A stretch of DNA of 64,000 nt, from assembly GCA_025336725.1 (NCBI GenBank), contig GCA_025336725.1_3647.1; one strand, 5' to 3'. Origin of the DNA: Escherichia coli (GTDB taxonomy: Bacteria > Pseudomonadota > Gammaproteobacteria > Enterobacterales > Enterobacteriaceae). This document shows, piece by piece, positions 25,589 through 35,032 of this stretch (the stretch's first letter is position 1; every line of letters starts with the position of its first letter). The position numbers and the translations under genes were made by a program. The notes under the pieces were generated by a model. It had not been told where the DNA came from and ran no database searches. It was given only the letters and a program-made list of their open reading frames with translations.

Positions 25589-26720
25589 AGAATATCCACT
25601 TATTGAGTCCATAGATTGTCTGGCTGATCTTCTTGAACCTGACGCTATAGTTTATTATGACTTCGATCAGGTTGCGTATCAAGCTGCAGCAAGTTGTGAA
25701 AAAAGGACAATTGAGGTAACACACAAAGCCTCCGGACGTAAGAAGATGTTTAAAACACGAACAGAGTTCTGGGGGCGGCAGAAGAACACCGTTGGTGGTT
25801 GGTTAAAAGCTGAGAATACCAACCGTGAAGCTGCATGTAAAAAGGCTGGCAAGGAGTTTATTCCGTGGACACGAGAAGATTTCGATGTCTTGGATATCCA
25901 AACACCTGATCCTGTAGAGAACTGCTTGCACACAATTAAGTGTAAAGCTAATGCAGTTCTTAATTATCTTGGTATTCCTGAAGATCGGTGCGTGGGGGTA
26001 CTTGGAGGCACAGGTAATTTCAGACTAGATCTTCCCATGCCGGAAAGATATAAAGCCAACCGTAACAATACTCTTCGACCACTGCTGCTTGGAGATGCAA
26101 GACAGTATCTCCAAAAGCAGTATAATGCTCAAGTGATCAACGGTATCGAGGCTGACGACTGGTTAGCTATCCAGCAATTTGAAGGTTGGAACCACTACCA
26201 AAAAACAGGTAAGTTCAACAAGTTTATTATCTCTATTGATAAGGACCAAAGAACACTACCGGGGCTTGTGTTCGATCCCATGCGAAACGATAAGGGAGAT
26301 TTTGTAAGGGAAACCCCTATGCTGATCGATAACGGTATGGGGAACATCTTCATGAAGCCTAATGGAGAGGTTGGTGGTTACGGAATGCTGTTCTTCGGAT
26401 ACCAAATGCTGTGTGGTGACTCTGCTGACAACATCAAGCCGTATCAAGGACTTATCGGTAAGGGTAAGTTCGGGGATGCCTCAGCATTCTACCTGCTGTC
26501 TCAGTGCAGCACTCCAAAGGAGATGTGGGTGGCTATTATTGATCAGTACAAGAAGTGGTTCCCGAAAGGTGTTGTTAAGTATACTGACTTCAATGGTATT
26601 GATCGTAGAATTTCCGTAGGTCAATGGATGAGTATAATTTTTGACTGTTTGTATATGAAGCGAACATTCAATGATCAAACAAAACTTGTTAACGTTCTTA
26701 GAAATGTTGGAGCAATTTGA
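25581..26720 (+). CDS. 5'-3' exonuclease / flap endonuclease (RNase H-like, FEN family)
   Basis: Hallmark GIEADDWLA (GxEADD) plus an acidic-residue pattern typical of FEN nucleases. Confidence 0.7.
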   Translation: MSREYPLIESIDCLADLLEPDAIVYYDFDQVAYQAAASCEKRTIEVTHKASGRKKMFKTRTEFWGRQKNTVGGWLKAENTNREAACKKAGKEFIPWTREDFDVLDIQTPDPVENCLHTIKCKANAVLNYLGIPEDRCVGVLGGTGNFRLDLPMPERYKANRNNTLRPLLLGDARQYLQKQYNAQVINGIEADDWLAIQQFEGWNHYQKTGKFNKFIISIDKDQRTLPGLVFDPMRNDKGDFVRETPMLIDNGMGNIFMKPNGEVGGYGMLFFGYQMLCGDSADNIKPYQGLIGKGKFGDASAFYLLSQCSTPKEMWVAIIDQYKKWFPKGVVKYTDFNGIDRRISVGQWMSIIFDCLYMKRTFNDQTKLVNVLRNVGAI

Positions 26721-27052
26721 TGACTAAAAATGCTGTAGATAACGCAATTATGGAAGCTGTTTTTGAGGATGACCATACAACAGGGACACTTAAAACAAAA
26801 AACACATTCGTTGTTGCCACAGGTATGTGGCGGTTGTATGAAGATGACACCATTTCATACATCCTGTACACGGATGATTACGCAGATGACCGTGTATGGT
26901 CTGCTGTTTTAAAAGAGGATTGTGAGCTGATTGATGGCGAGCGGTTATGCATGTTCACCAGTGTGGAAACCGATGTTAAGCTTTGCTCTCTCGTCTTGTT
27001 CAAAGATAAGGCTTATGCTCCTGATGAAGGAGAGGAGGATAAGGAAGCATGA
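26717..27052 (+). CDS. Hypothetical acidic protein
   Basis: 111-aa track ORF. Confidence 0.3.
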   Translation: MMTKNAVDNAIMEAVFEDDHTTGTLKTKNTFVVATGMWRLYEDDTISYILYTDDYADDRVWSAVLKEDCELIDGERLCMFTSVETDVKLCSLVLFKDKAYAPDEGEEDKEA

Positions 27053-27676
27053 GAGAGCGTCTATTATCCATAGACCAGTCGTTGACACACACAGCTTGTG
27101 TTGTATGGGACGATGGAAAGCCTGTTCATAAGGTTGTATTACGAACTCAAAGCTCATCTGCAAAAGAGAAGAAACCAGGGACGGTTTCTTTTGCAACAGC
27201 TGCTGAGCGTATTGACTGGATCTGCAAACAGGTCAGATATTATATCCACACGCACGGAGTTGACACCGTGGTTATGGAAGGGCTTTCCTTTGGATCACGC
27301 GGGGATGCCACACGTGAACTGGCGGGTTGTTTTACGGTCTCGAAGTATGCTTTGGGATGCTTTAGCAGATTGTGAAAATGACGGCCTGTTTAAGGTCCAC
27401 ACAGTAACACCGACAACCGCCAAAAAGTTTGCTCGTAGTCATCTTCCTGAAGAACTTGCTTTTGAGGAGAAGAAAAAGCTTGACAAAAAGACAGGTAAAG
27501 AGCATACTGTGAAGAAACCTGTTACGATGGATAAAAAGTTAATGGTTAAGGCCTGTGAAGTATCTGAACCAGGGTTTCTGGATGGGATCAATTTAAGATA
27601 CAAGGTAAGGCCGATCTGCAGATGCCTACGGATAGGCAGGGCGCATCTGGAGGGATTATCGCAAAGCGTAAAATAA
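27049..27676 (+). CDS. RNase H-fold nuclease (RuvC/YqgF-like resolvase candidate), apparently frameshifted
   Basis: SIDQSLTHTA...VVMEG in the first frame; continues in a second frame after ~27340 (near TGTTTTA). Confidence 0.3.
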
Positions 27677-28231
27677 GAAAGAAAGCTGTCAAAGCTCCCG
27701 TTCATAGCGGGTGGCTAAAAGATTCTAAGGACATAGCCAACTTTCGGAAAGAATTGTCAGAAGAGCAGGATGGCCTTGATCCGATCTTGTGCGAGCCACT
27801 TCGTAAGCCTTGTTTAGATCATGATCATCTGACTGGTCGTTGCAGAGGTGTTTTGTCCCAATGCACTAATACCTTTGAAAGATATGTGCTTAAATACTGG
27901 ATGAAATACTGTAGCGAGTATCAGGTGCAGTTTATCAGAGGCGTTGCGCCGGATGGCTGACTATCTGGAGAAAGACTACAGCGACTTCCCGCTCCACAAA
28001 AACTACAGAGACGATATGACAAAGTTCTTGAGGAGATGCTCTAAAGCCACAATTATTGCACGAGCAGAATCGGATCTCGATCTTGTCATTAATCCAGAGT
28101 ACACTAAGCATGAGGCTATTGAAGCCTACATGCAGGAGTTCATAAAGAAAACTGAGGAGAGAGACTTCTATGGGGATGAAAAAGGTATTCAATCCTTGCG
28201 ATTCAGTTCTGATCAGGATGAAATACCGTAA
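27622..28231 (+). CDS. Endonuclease VII-like resolvase, apparently frameshifted
   Basis: CLDHDHLTGRCRGVL...CTN resembles the T4 gp49 core; C-terminal part (ADYLEKDY...) lies in the next frame from ~27950. Confidence 0.5.
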
Positions 28232-28391
28232 CTGGAAAGGTGTTGTTGCAGATCGCCGCGTTACTGAACCTAATTTATGGTTTGGTTCTACAGAGTATCA
28301 TAAAGAAGAGCAGTGGTTGATGCATGCCTTTGATGTAGACAAGGGCGAATATCGTGACTTCGCTTTAAAAGACATTCTTCAGTTTTACTAA
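28170..28391 (+). CDS. Hypothetical protein
   Basis: 73-aa track ORF. Confidence 0.3.
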   Translation: MGMKKVFNPCDSVLIRMKYRNWKGVVADRRVTEPNLWFGSTEYHKEEQWLMHAFDVDKGEYRDFALKDILQFY

Positions 28392-28403
28392 GGAATCTTA
28401 ACG

Positions 28404-29387
28404 ATGATGACAAAGTTAACTCTTGAGCAAATTTTAACACTAAAGCAACAGGGATACACTAATAGACAAATTGCTCGTGAATTTTTAGGCCGTGAGTCAC
28501 GTGAGAGCTGGATCCGACTACAGCTTAAACGTGCACAAGAGAATATGTCAGAGATTGTAGGAGAAGCAACGGAGCGCTTCCTTGAAGAGCACAAAGGCGC
28601 TAAAGTTTGGGTGTATGATACAGAGACATCCCCAACAAACGGCTGGTTCTTTGGGCACTATAAGACCAACATTCAAACCTGTGGTATTGAAGTTATGCCT
28701 TATATGCTAACTTTCGCAGGTAAGTGGTTAGACAGCCCTAGTGTGGTTGACTGCGCTCTTCCCGATTACAAAATGTGGAATGAGGATATTCACAATGATC
28801 TCGAATTGATTCAGGATTTGTGGTATTATCTGGATAAATGTGATGTCGCAGTAGCCCACAATTCAGGTTTTGACTGTGGGTGGGCCAACCAACGATTTGC
28901 ATTTCACGGGTTGCCGCCAACAAGCCCATACAAAGAGGTTGACACCCTCAAAATGATCAAGAAGGCATTCCGTTTGAATGCAAACACTTTGGAGTATGCA
29001 TGCAAATACTTCCAACTTGCCAGACAGAAACTGATTGACCACACATTTGAAATGTGGATCAAGTGTGTTCACGGTGATCTTGAGGCGTTTAAACAGATGC
29101 GGGAGTACAATGTTGGTGATATCCTATCTCTGGAAGGCCTGTATTTGCTGGCTCGTCCGTTTGCTAAGCAGCACCCCAACATGTCATTGTACTACCAGGA
29201 CGAGGAGCCAAAAGTTCGTTGCCCACGCTGTGGTGGAGAACACCTTCACGAGGAAGAAGCTTTGGCGTATACTCAATTGAGTGCATTTAAAACATACCGC
29301 TGCGAAGGTTGTGGATCTGTTGTTCGTGATCGTAACAACATCCGTACCAGAGAAGAAATGAAAAACACCCTGATTCAGATAGTCTAA
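28404..29387 (+). CDS. DnaQ-like 3'-5' exonuclease with N-terminal HTH
   Basis: Exo motifs VYDTETS (DxE), HNSGFDCGW, YNVGDILSLEGLY; N-terminal TNRQIAREF helix-turn-helix; C-terminal CxxC...CxxC. Confidence 0.65.
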   Translation: MMTKLTLEQILTLKQQGYTNRQIAREFLGRESRESWIRLQLKRAQENMSEIVGEATERFLEEHKGAKVWVYDTETSPTNGWFFGHYKTNIQTCGIEVMPYMLTFAGKWLDSPSVVDCALPDYKMWNEDIHNDLELIQDLWYYLDKCDVAVAHNSGFDCGWANQRFAFHGLPPTSPYKEVDTLKMIKKAFRLNANTLEYACKYFQLARQKLIDHTFEMWIKCVHGDLEAFKQMREYNVGDILSLEGLYLLARPFAKQHPNMSLYYQDEEPKVRCPRCGGEHLHEEEALAYTQLSAFKTYRCEGCGSVVRDRNNIRTREEMKNTLIQIV

Positions 29388-29396
29388 CAATTATAG

Positions 29397-29430
29397 GGAG
29401 GCTTGCGCCTCCCTTTTCATTTTGGAGGCA
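29397..29430 (+). terminator. Intrinsic terminator after exonuclease gene
   Basis: GGGAGGC-ttgc-GCCTCCC hairpin followed by TTTTCATTTT. Confidence 0.55.
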
Positions 29431-29432
29431 CT

Positions 29433-30251
29433 TTGAGCAAGAAAGAGTCCAACGACAAATATTACACAAACCCTGAGTATGCAGAATACCTTGTTGGTAA
29501 AGTAAAAGATAAGTATGGGAATTGTGCATACGTTGAGCCTTCTGCTGGAAGGGGTTCTTTTTCAAAACTATTTTCAGAGATACTGTCGTACGATTTAGTA
29601 CCAGATCCTGAATTTGAAGGACCAACACCGTGCATTCAGGCAAACTTCTTGGAGGTGTATCCCAAGGCAGATGTCTTCATAGGTAACCCACCATTTGGCA
29701 AGAATTCATCCTTAGCTTGCAAATTCTTTAACCATTGTGCATCATTGCTGGAGATTGGAGGAGCTATAGCCTTCATCTTGCCACGGACATTTGAAAAAAT
29801 ATTTTTTGCAAACAAACTTAACCTGTCGATGCACATTGTCTACAGCGAAAGGTGCCCTAAGAACTCGTTTTTACTTAATGGCAAACCTTATGACGTGCCA
29901 TGTGTTTTCCAAATTTGGGAGAAAAAGGCGTGCAATAGGGATCCTGTAGAGGTTGGAGAGAATAAGTTATTTTCTTTTAGCACTCCAGATGACTACGACT
30001 TCTGTGTAAGACGTGTTGGGTATAATGCTGGAAAAGTATTGGAGGAGGATGACCCAAAATCTGAAGAATCAACATATTTCATAAAATCTTTAGTTGACGG
30101 TGTTGACAGAGTGTTTGCTGAATGCTATTCTTCCTTTCAAGAAGAAGCAGGTAAGACTGCCGGAATGAAGAGTATAGGTAAGAAAGAACTACAATACATT
30201 TTGGAGACTAGGTATGATCAAAAGCATAGACTTGACCAAAGAACTTACTGA
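29433..30251 (+). CDS. N6-adenine DNA methyltransferase (putative)
   Basis: Motif I-like VEPSAGRGSF and motif IV IGNPPFG; start moved to TTG after GGAGG because the track N-terminus overlaps the terminator hairpin. Confidence 0.6.
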   Translation: MSKKESNDKYYTNPEYAEYLVGKVKDKYGNCAYVEPSAGRGSFSKLFSEILSYDLVPDPEFEGPTPCIQANFLEVYPKADVFIGNPPFGKNSSLACKFFNHCASLLEIGGAIAFILPRTFEKIFFANKLNLSMHIVYSERCPKNSFLLNGKPYDVPCVFQIWEKKACNRDPVEVGENKLFSFSTPDDYDFCVRRVGYNAGKVLEEDDPKSEESTYFIKSLVDGVDRVFAECYSSFQEEAGKTAGMKSIGKKELQYILETRYDQKHRLDQRTY

Positions 30252-30672
30252 TGCAAAAGCTTTTGGTGAGACAGCGGTACAAAGGGGGCAGGCGATGGGA
30301 CTGGCACTACCTTTCGTCTTAAAAGAGCACTTTACAGATTTTCAACTTATCAAGGGTGATAAGGGAATGCTTATTCTGGAGCATAAGTTGAGTAAGAAAC
30401 GCTACAAAGTTGTTTTTAATTCTAAAGCCCCAACAAAACTAGGATTCAGAACTTACAATCTCAACCCATCCTACACCAAGGGTGTTGGAAGGGTAGAACA
30501 ACAACATTTCAGTGCCAGAGCTTCTTTAGCCCCTTTGATGCTAAATTTCTCAGGGGTGGCTTTAGGATACCTTGATAAGAAAAGAGTTCTTCATGTTCGT
30601 TTCACAGACTTTGTAACGCTTTTAGCTAACAACGAGGTTGATGAAAAGGGACGTGTAAAAACAAACTTCTAA
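30214..30672 (+). CDS. Hypothetical protein
   Basis: 152-aa track ORF. Confidence 0.3.
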   Translation: MIKSIDLTKELTDAKAFGETAVQRGQAMGLALPFVLKEHFTDFQLIKGDKGMLILEHKLSKKRYKVVFNSKAPTKLGFRTYNLNPSYTKGVGRVEQQHFSARASLAPLMLNFSGVALGYLDKKRVLHVRFTDFVTLLANNEVDEKGRVKTNF

Positions 30673-30687
30673 TAACGCATAGTATGA

Positions 30688-30891
30688 TTGGAGGCCACAA
30701 TGACACTAAAGTTAACAATTCCAGACAGCTTTTCAGAAAACTTTATCCCAGAAATGATGGATAAGATGCGATCATTGCTTGATCAGATCGAGGAAGCTGT
30801 TTGGGAAGACGATGCTGTAGTGGCTAACGAGCTGGTAGATAAGTGTAAAAGTATTATTGATGCAGTTGAAGAATACCACGGAGGTTTTTGA
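30688..30891 (+). CDS. Hypothetical acidic protein
   Basis: 67-aa track ORF. Confidence 0.3.
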   Translation: MEATMTLKLTIPDSFSENFIPEMMDKMRSLLDQIEEAVWEDDAVVANELVDKCKSIIDAVEEYHGGF

Positions 30892-32459
30892 TGGATATTA
30901 TTGTTCTTAATGCACCACCGTGCTGCGTCCCGAGTGGTACAGAGTTCCTCACCAAATCCGGGTGGAAAAGTATAGAAGATTTTGATAATGATTTCGTGGC
31001 GGTGTGCGATAAATTTGGGGCAATGCATTGGGAGATACCTGAATTTATTGAAGGCAATACTCCAGTTTTTGAAAAGGGCGTTTTTGCCACATGGTCTATG
31101 GTTTTAACACCTAACCACAAAGTTCTGTATGAAAACAGAAGAGGATCAAGAATTGCTAGAGAGTGGTCAGAGATAACTTTGGAATCCAAAACTGGCTACG
31201 ATGGATATATACCTGCCACCTTCCATCAAGAGTCTGGAGAGGATGTGGACGATTTTGACCTGCTTAGAGTTGCAATCCTAGCAGACTCTTCTGAGGTTAA
31301 AAACCGAGAAGGTGTGTTAATGTTTAATATTAAAAAGGACCGTAAAAAGGAGAGGCTGCGATACTTATTTAAAAGAACTGGAGTAACCTTTTCCGAAAAA
31401 GAGTTTGAGAGTATGCCTGGTTACACCCGTTTTTTCATTCACAACAGCCCTTTCATGAAGAAAGATGGTATACCTAGCCACTGGTGGAATCTCTCTTCCA
31501 AGGCCAGTGAAAAACTACTAAACGAGATGCTGAAATGGGATGGGTGCGAGAAATACAAATCTTTCTCAACCACTTCTAAAGAGGAGGCAGATCTATTTCA
31601 GCTTTTAGCAGCAAAATGTGGGAGAAAGGCCAAAATTGAAATAGATAACTACAAAAGGGAGTGTGATGAAGAGAGCAGAACTCGTAGCGTTTGCTATGCG
31701 GTAAAAATTCTAAAGTCAGACTCTTATTCGATGCGTAAAAGTGGCGGATATGATAATCCCGATAAAGCTTTTCAACCTTACAAAGAGGAGTTACCTGGGG
31801 GTAAGTGTTACTGCTTTACCACAACAACCGGATTTTGGGTGGCAAGACAAAACGGTATGGTGTTTTTAACAGGTAACAGTGGAAAAGACCATATTGCAGA
31901 TCTCTTGTTGGAAGCTATTCCTAACTCACACCACCGTGAGGTTAAGGAGATGCTATTCAGTGTGGCAATTAAGGCAGCTGGTGTAACTCCTCAGCTCTGG
32001 AATGCACTTTATGACCGCCACTACAAAGAAGAGCCTTGCCCTTTCTTAATGATAGACGGCAAGCATGTTTCTCCGCGAGAATGGATGATCCATTGTAGTG
32101 AAAATCTGATTAAACCTATCTTTGGTGAAGATGCTTTCGGTAAAGCCGCAGTCGCATCTTTGAAGAAAGATTTCCCTGAAGGTAAAGGGGTTATTGTTTA
32201 CTCCGATGGTGGATTCAAAGAGGAGCTGGCATGCCTTAGTGAGTACGCATACAGCACAGGTGGAGATCTGTTGTTGTTCCGTATTCACCGTGTCGGATAT
32301 GACTGGGGAAATGATTCCAGAACCTATCTAAGTCTGGAAAAGAACGGAATAAAAGGGATTGAGTTTGATGTTGTAAACCCTGAAGGTGCACCTTGGGAAT
32401 GTGCATCGGAGATTGTGTGCAAGTATATTGATGCTAAAGAGGCACAAGAAGAATGTTAA
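30891..32459 (+). CDS. dNMP kinase (T4 gp1-like) interrupted by an intein
   Basis: Extein MDIIVLNAPPC + SGKDHIADLL... gives a P-loop of the T4 gp1 type (RSGKDT); extein C-terminus resembles dNMP kinase. Confidence 0.6.
   Translation: MDIIVLNAPPCCVPSGTEFLTKSGWKSIEDFDNDFVAVCDKFGAMHWEIPEFIEGNTPVFEKGVFATWSMVLTPNHKVLYENRRGSRIAREWSEITLESKTGYDGYIPATFHQESGEDVDDFDLLRVAILADSSEVKNREGVLMFNIKKDRKKERLRYLFKRTGVTFSEKEFESMPGYTRFFIHNSPFMKKDGIPSHWWNLSSKASEKLLNEMLKWDGCEKYKSFSTTSKEEADLFQLLAAKCGRKAKIEIDNYKRECDEESRTRSVCYAVKILKSDSYSMRKSGGYDNPDKAFQPYKEELPGGKCYCFTTTTGFWVARQNGMVFLTGNSGKDHIADLLLEAIPNSHHREVKEMLFSVAIKAAGVTPQLWNALYDRHYKEEPCPFLMIDGKHVSPREWMIHCSENLIKPIFGEDAFGKAAVASLKKDFPEGKGVIVYSDGGFKEELACLSEYAYSTGGDLLLFRIHRVGYDWGNDSRTYLSLEKNGIKGIEFDVVNPEGAPWECASEIVCKYIDAKEAQEEC
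30924..31877 (+). mobile_element. Intein (318 aa) with homing-endonuclease-like insert
   Basis: Block A CVPSGTEF, block B TPNH (TxxH), C-terminal FLTGN followed by +1 Ser; central LAGLIDADG-like LLRVAILADSSE. Confidence 0.6.
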
Positions 32460-33046
32460 TCGGAATTGATGTAGATTTGACACTGGTAGATTCAGGAACA
32501 GCATGGTGGGAGTGGTTGGAGCGTTTGTATGGTCCAGCCAGTAAGACAGTCGCTAAACCTTCTAACGGACTGATGTATTACGATCTGTCAAAGTATTGGC
32601 CTGATCGCCCCAAAGAAAACATCATAGGGCCTTTTGATTTTTGGAGTGACCCGTTCCTCTACGACTTTCTTAAGCCTGAAGAGGGGGCTATTGAGGTTAT
32701 GAAAGATTTGGTGGCTCGTGGTCACAAGCTTGCATTTATCTCGGTATGCAAGAAAGGTCACCTTGCATCTAAATCAAGGTTCTTAAAGCGTTGGACCAGT
32801 GATTTTATGGATCTTGACGATCACACCCAGGGCCACGGCTTCTACGCCACACATTTCAAAGGAAATGTGGCTGTAGATGTTATAATTGACGACAGGCATG
32901 AATACCTAAACCAATTCGCTTCACGACCTGAAGTTATTAAAATCCTAAAAGATACGCCTTATGAGCAATTCGAGGAGTTAAAGGTCAGTGTTGACTATAC
33001 CGCTAATAGCTGGTATAAAATAGGAAAGTTTTTAGAAGGTATTTGA
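32453..33046 (+). CDS. HAD-family 5'(3')-deoxyribonucleotidase-like hydrolase
   Basis: N-terminal IGIDVDLTLVDS (DxD nucleophile motif). Confidence 0.55.
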   Translation: MLIGIDVDLTLVDSGTAWWEWLERLYGPASKTVAKPSNGLMYYDLSKYWPDRPKENIIGPFDFWSDPFLYDFLKPEEGAIEVMKDLVARGHKLAFISVCKKGHLASKSRFLKRWTSDFMDLDDHTQGHGFYATHFKGNVAVDVIIDDRHEYLNQFASRPEVIKILKDTPYEQFEELKVSVDYTANSWYKIGKFLEGI

Positions 33047-33047
33047 A

Positions 33048-33248
33048 ATGGGCAGATGTTCTAAAGGTGGCGATCCTGTAGTCAGATACGGTGACTGGCT
33101 AGAGGTGTATGATCTGGGAGGTAAGCTGGTGTATGCCTCCAGGATCACCCAAGACATGTGCTCCGATATGTTCAACAGATACCTTGCATTTAAGGCCAAC
33201 ATAAACCCAGACGAAATTTCCAAAATTAAAACAAGGAGAGCTAAATAA
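33048..33248 (+). CDS. Hypothetical protein
   Basis: 66-aa track ORF. Confidence 0.3.
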   Translation: MGRCSKGGDPVVRYGDWLEVYDLGGKLVYASRITQDMCSDMFNRYLAFKANINPDEISKIKTRRAK

Positions 33249-34231
33249 TGCTAAAACTGTGCACTGCAAAGATCATTGCTGACAGCATTTCCGAGAAAGG
33301 TAAGCGCATCACCACTTTTGAGCTAGAGTATCCTCGAATTATTCACTCAGAGCTTATGACGCATCGAGTATTCAGCCGAAACGCCATGTCTTCCCGTGCA
33401 GTTCCTGTCGGCAAGATGCTGCAACAGATTGTGGAGAATCCTGCAATGCCAGTTCGCTTCGGTGCAAATAAGCGAGGGATGGAAGATGGTGGGGAACACG
33501 ATCAAAAGATCCGTGTAGAGTACACTGACATGGAGTTAACTCCTGAAGAATTTTGGAAAGAAGCTGCAAAAAACGCCGCTTGGCATGCAGAGAAGTTCGC
33601 ACTTGCTGGTTACCATAAGCAAGTATGTAACCGCTTAGTGGAGCCTTTTCAACGCATGAAAACAGTTGTAACAAGCACCGAGTGGAATAATTTTTTCCAC
33701 CTCCGTTGCTGGCACGATGCGGATCCTACGATTCAGATGTTGGCTAATTGTATGTGGGAAGCTCTTGTGAATAGCACCCCTGAGATCCTTAAACCAGGTC
33801 AATGGCACACCCCATATGTAGAGCACGTTTATTTGGACGGAGAGTTTAACTACGCTGTACGTGACACAGAAGGAAAGCTCTGCATCCTCGATACTAAAGA
33901 AGCTCTGTCTATCAGTGCTAGTTGCTGTGCACAAGTATCTTATCGAAATATTGACAGCACGTTTGAAAAGGCAGACAGTGTGGCTAAAAAATTGATTGGT
34001 GGGGATCGTATTCATGCAAGCCCTTACGAGCACCAGGCAACACCTATGGATCACGATAACGCAATGGAACGTTTAAACTACTATCTATCTTCATGTGAAA
34101 TCACACAAGACAGCTGTGTTTGGCAGGAAGGTGTAACCCATCAAGACCGTGATGGTAAATTCTGGTCTGCCAACTTTTGTGGGTGGGTTCAGCACAGACA
34201 ACTGCTTAATAACCACTTCGTGAAAGGTTAA
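33248..34231 (+). CDS. thyX: Flavin-dependent thymidylate synthase ThyX
   Basis: ThyX-like signature ELMTHRVFSRNAMSSRA (HR...SxR). Confidence 0.65.
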   Translation: MLKLCTAKIIADSISEKGKRITTFELEYPRIIHSELMTHRVFSRNAMSSRAVPVGKMLQQIVENPAMPVRFGANKRGMEDGGEHDQKIRVEYTDMELTPEEFWKEAAKNAAWHAEKFALAGYHKQVCNRLVEPFQRMKTVVTSTEWNNFFHLRCWHDADPTIQMLANCMWEALVNSTPEILKPGQWHTPYVEHVYLDGEFNYAVRDTEGKLCILDTKEALSISASCCAQVSYRNIDSTFEKADSVAKKLIGGDRIHASPYEHQATPMDHDNAMERLNYYLSSCEITQDSCVWQEGVTHQDRDGKFWSANFCGWVQHRQLLNNHFVKG

Positions 34232-34290
34232 TCCTATCACAGCGATAGGTAACTTCTGTGTTGACTAATACTATCAGATAATCTATAATA

Positions 34291-34791
34291 ATGGCTCACT
34301 TTGTTGGTGAGCCAGAAATGGAGACAGATATGAGTAATGTTATGATTCCTAAAAAGACATTTATTTCAGTTACTTTAGATTTTCTATCTACCGTTCCCGG
34401 GTTTAACGTTCGCACACGAAACGGTCTCCGAGCTGCACTCTTTGCCATAGGGTTTGATTTAAAAAGTATTGATGTTCTTCGTGGAAAAAACGTTCGATGC
34501 AGAAATAAGCCAACACATTATCGAAAGACAGATGTATTTGCTGGTGTCATGCGTGCAGACTTTAGATACCCACAAATGTATAACGGTGTAGATATTTTAG
34601 ATGTAGATAAAGCACCCGGTGAGGCAATGCTTGTTCAAGATCTTCCGTATGATATCCCTGTAGAGGATCGTGTTAATGTAAGAAAGTATACAAAACAATC
34701 TGAAAAGGCTGAAGATATTCATATTGTTGATGAACCTTTCAATTTTGAAGATCTGCATCGCCTGGAAAAATTATTCGGTATTGAAAGCTAA
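34291..34791 (+). CDS. Hypothetical protein
   Basis: 166-aa track ORF. Confidence 0.3.
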   Translation: MAHFVGEPEMETDMSNVMIPKKTFISVTLDFLSTVPGFNVRTRNGLRAALFAIGFDLKSIDVLRGKNVRCRNKPTHYRKTDVFAGVMRADFRYPQMYNGVDILDVDKAPGEAMLVQDLPYDIPVEDRVNVRKYTKQSEKAEDIHIVDEPFNFEDLHRLEKLFGIES

Positions 34792-35032
34792 GGTGGTGAA
34801 GATGAGTCATAACTCCAAGTGGAAGGATCTTGGTTTTGCAAGTCGGGCAGAATATGTTGGTTGGCTTTGGTTCAACGGTCTGACAAACGATATTAAAATG
34901 TATGATGATGTTTATTATGACGAGTATACAGGTAAAATTATAAATATCTCTGTAGAAGAGGATACCTTTACTCGGCAAGATACTGATACCTGCCTTGATA
35001 AATACGTGGATGAAGTGGAGGAAGCAAATTGA
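34724..35032 (+). CDS. Hypothetical protein
   Basis: Track ORF; likely start is the internal Met (MSHNSKWKDL...) around 34801. Confidence 0.3.
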   Translation: MLMNLSILKICIAWKNYSVLKAKVVKMSHNSKWKDLGFASRAEYVGWLWFNGLTNDIKMYDDVYYDEYTGKIINISVEEDTFTRQDTDTCLDKYVDEVEEAN

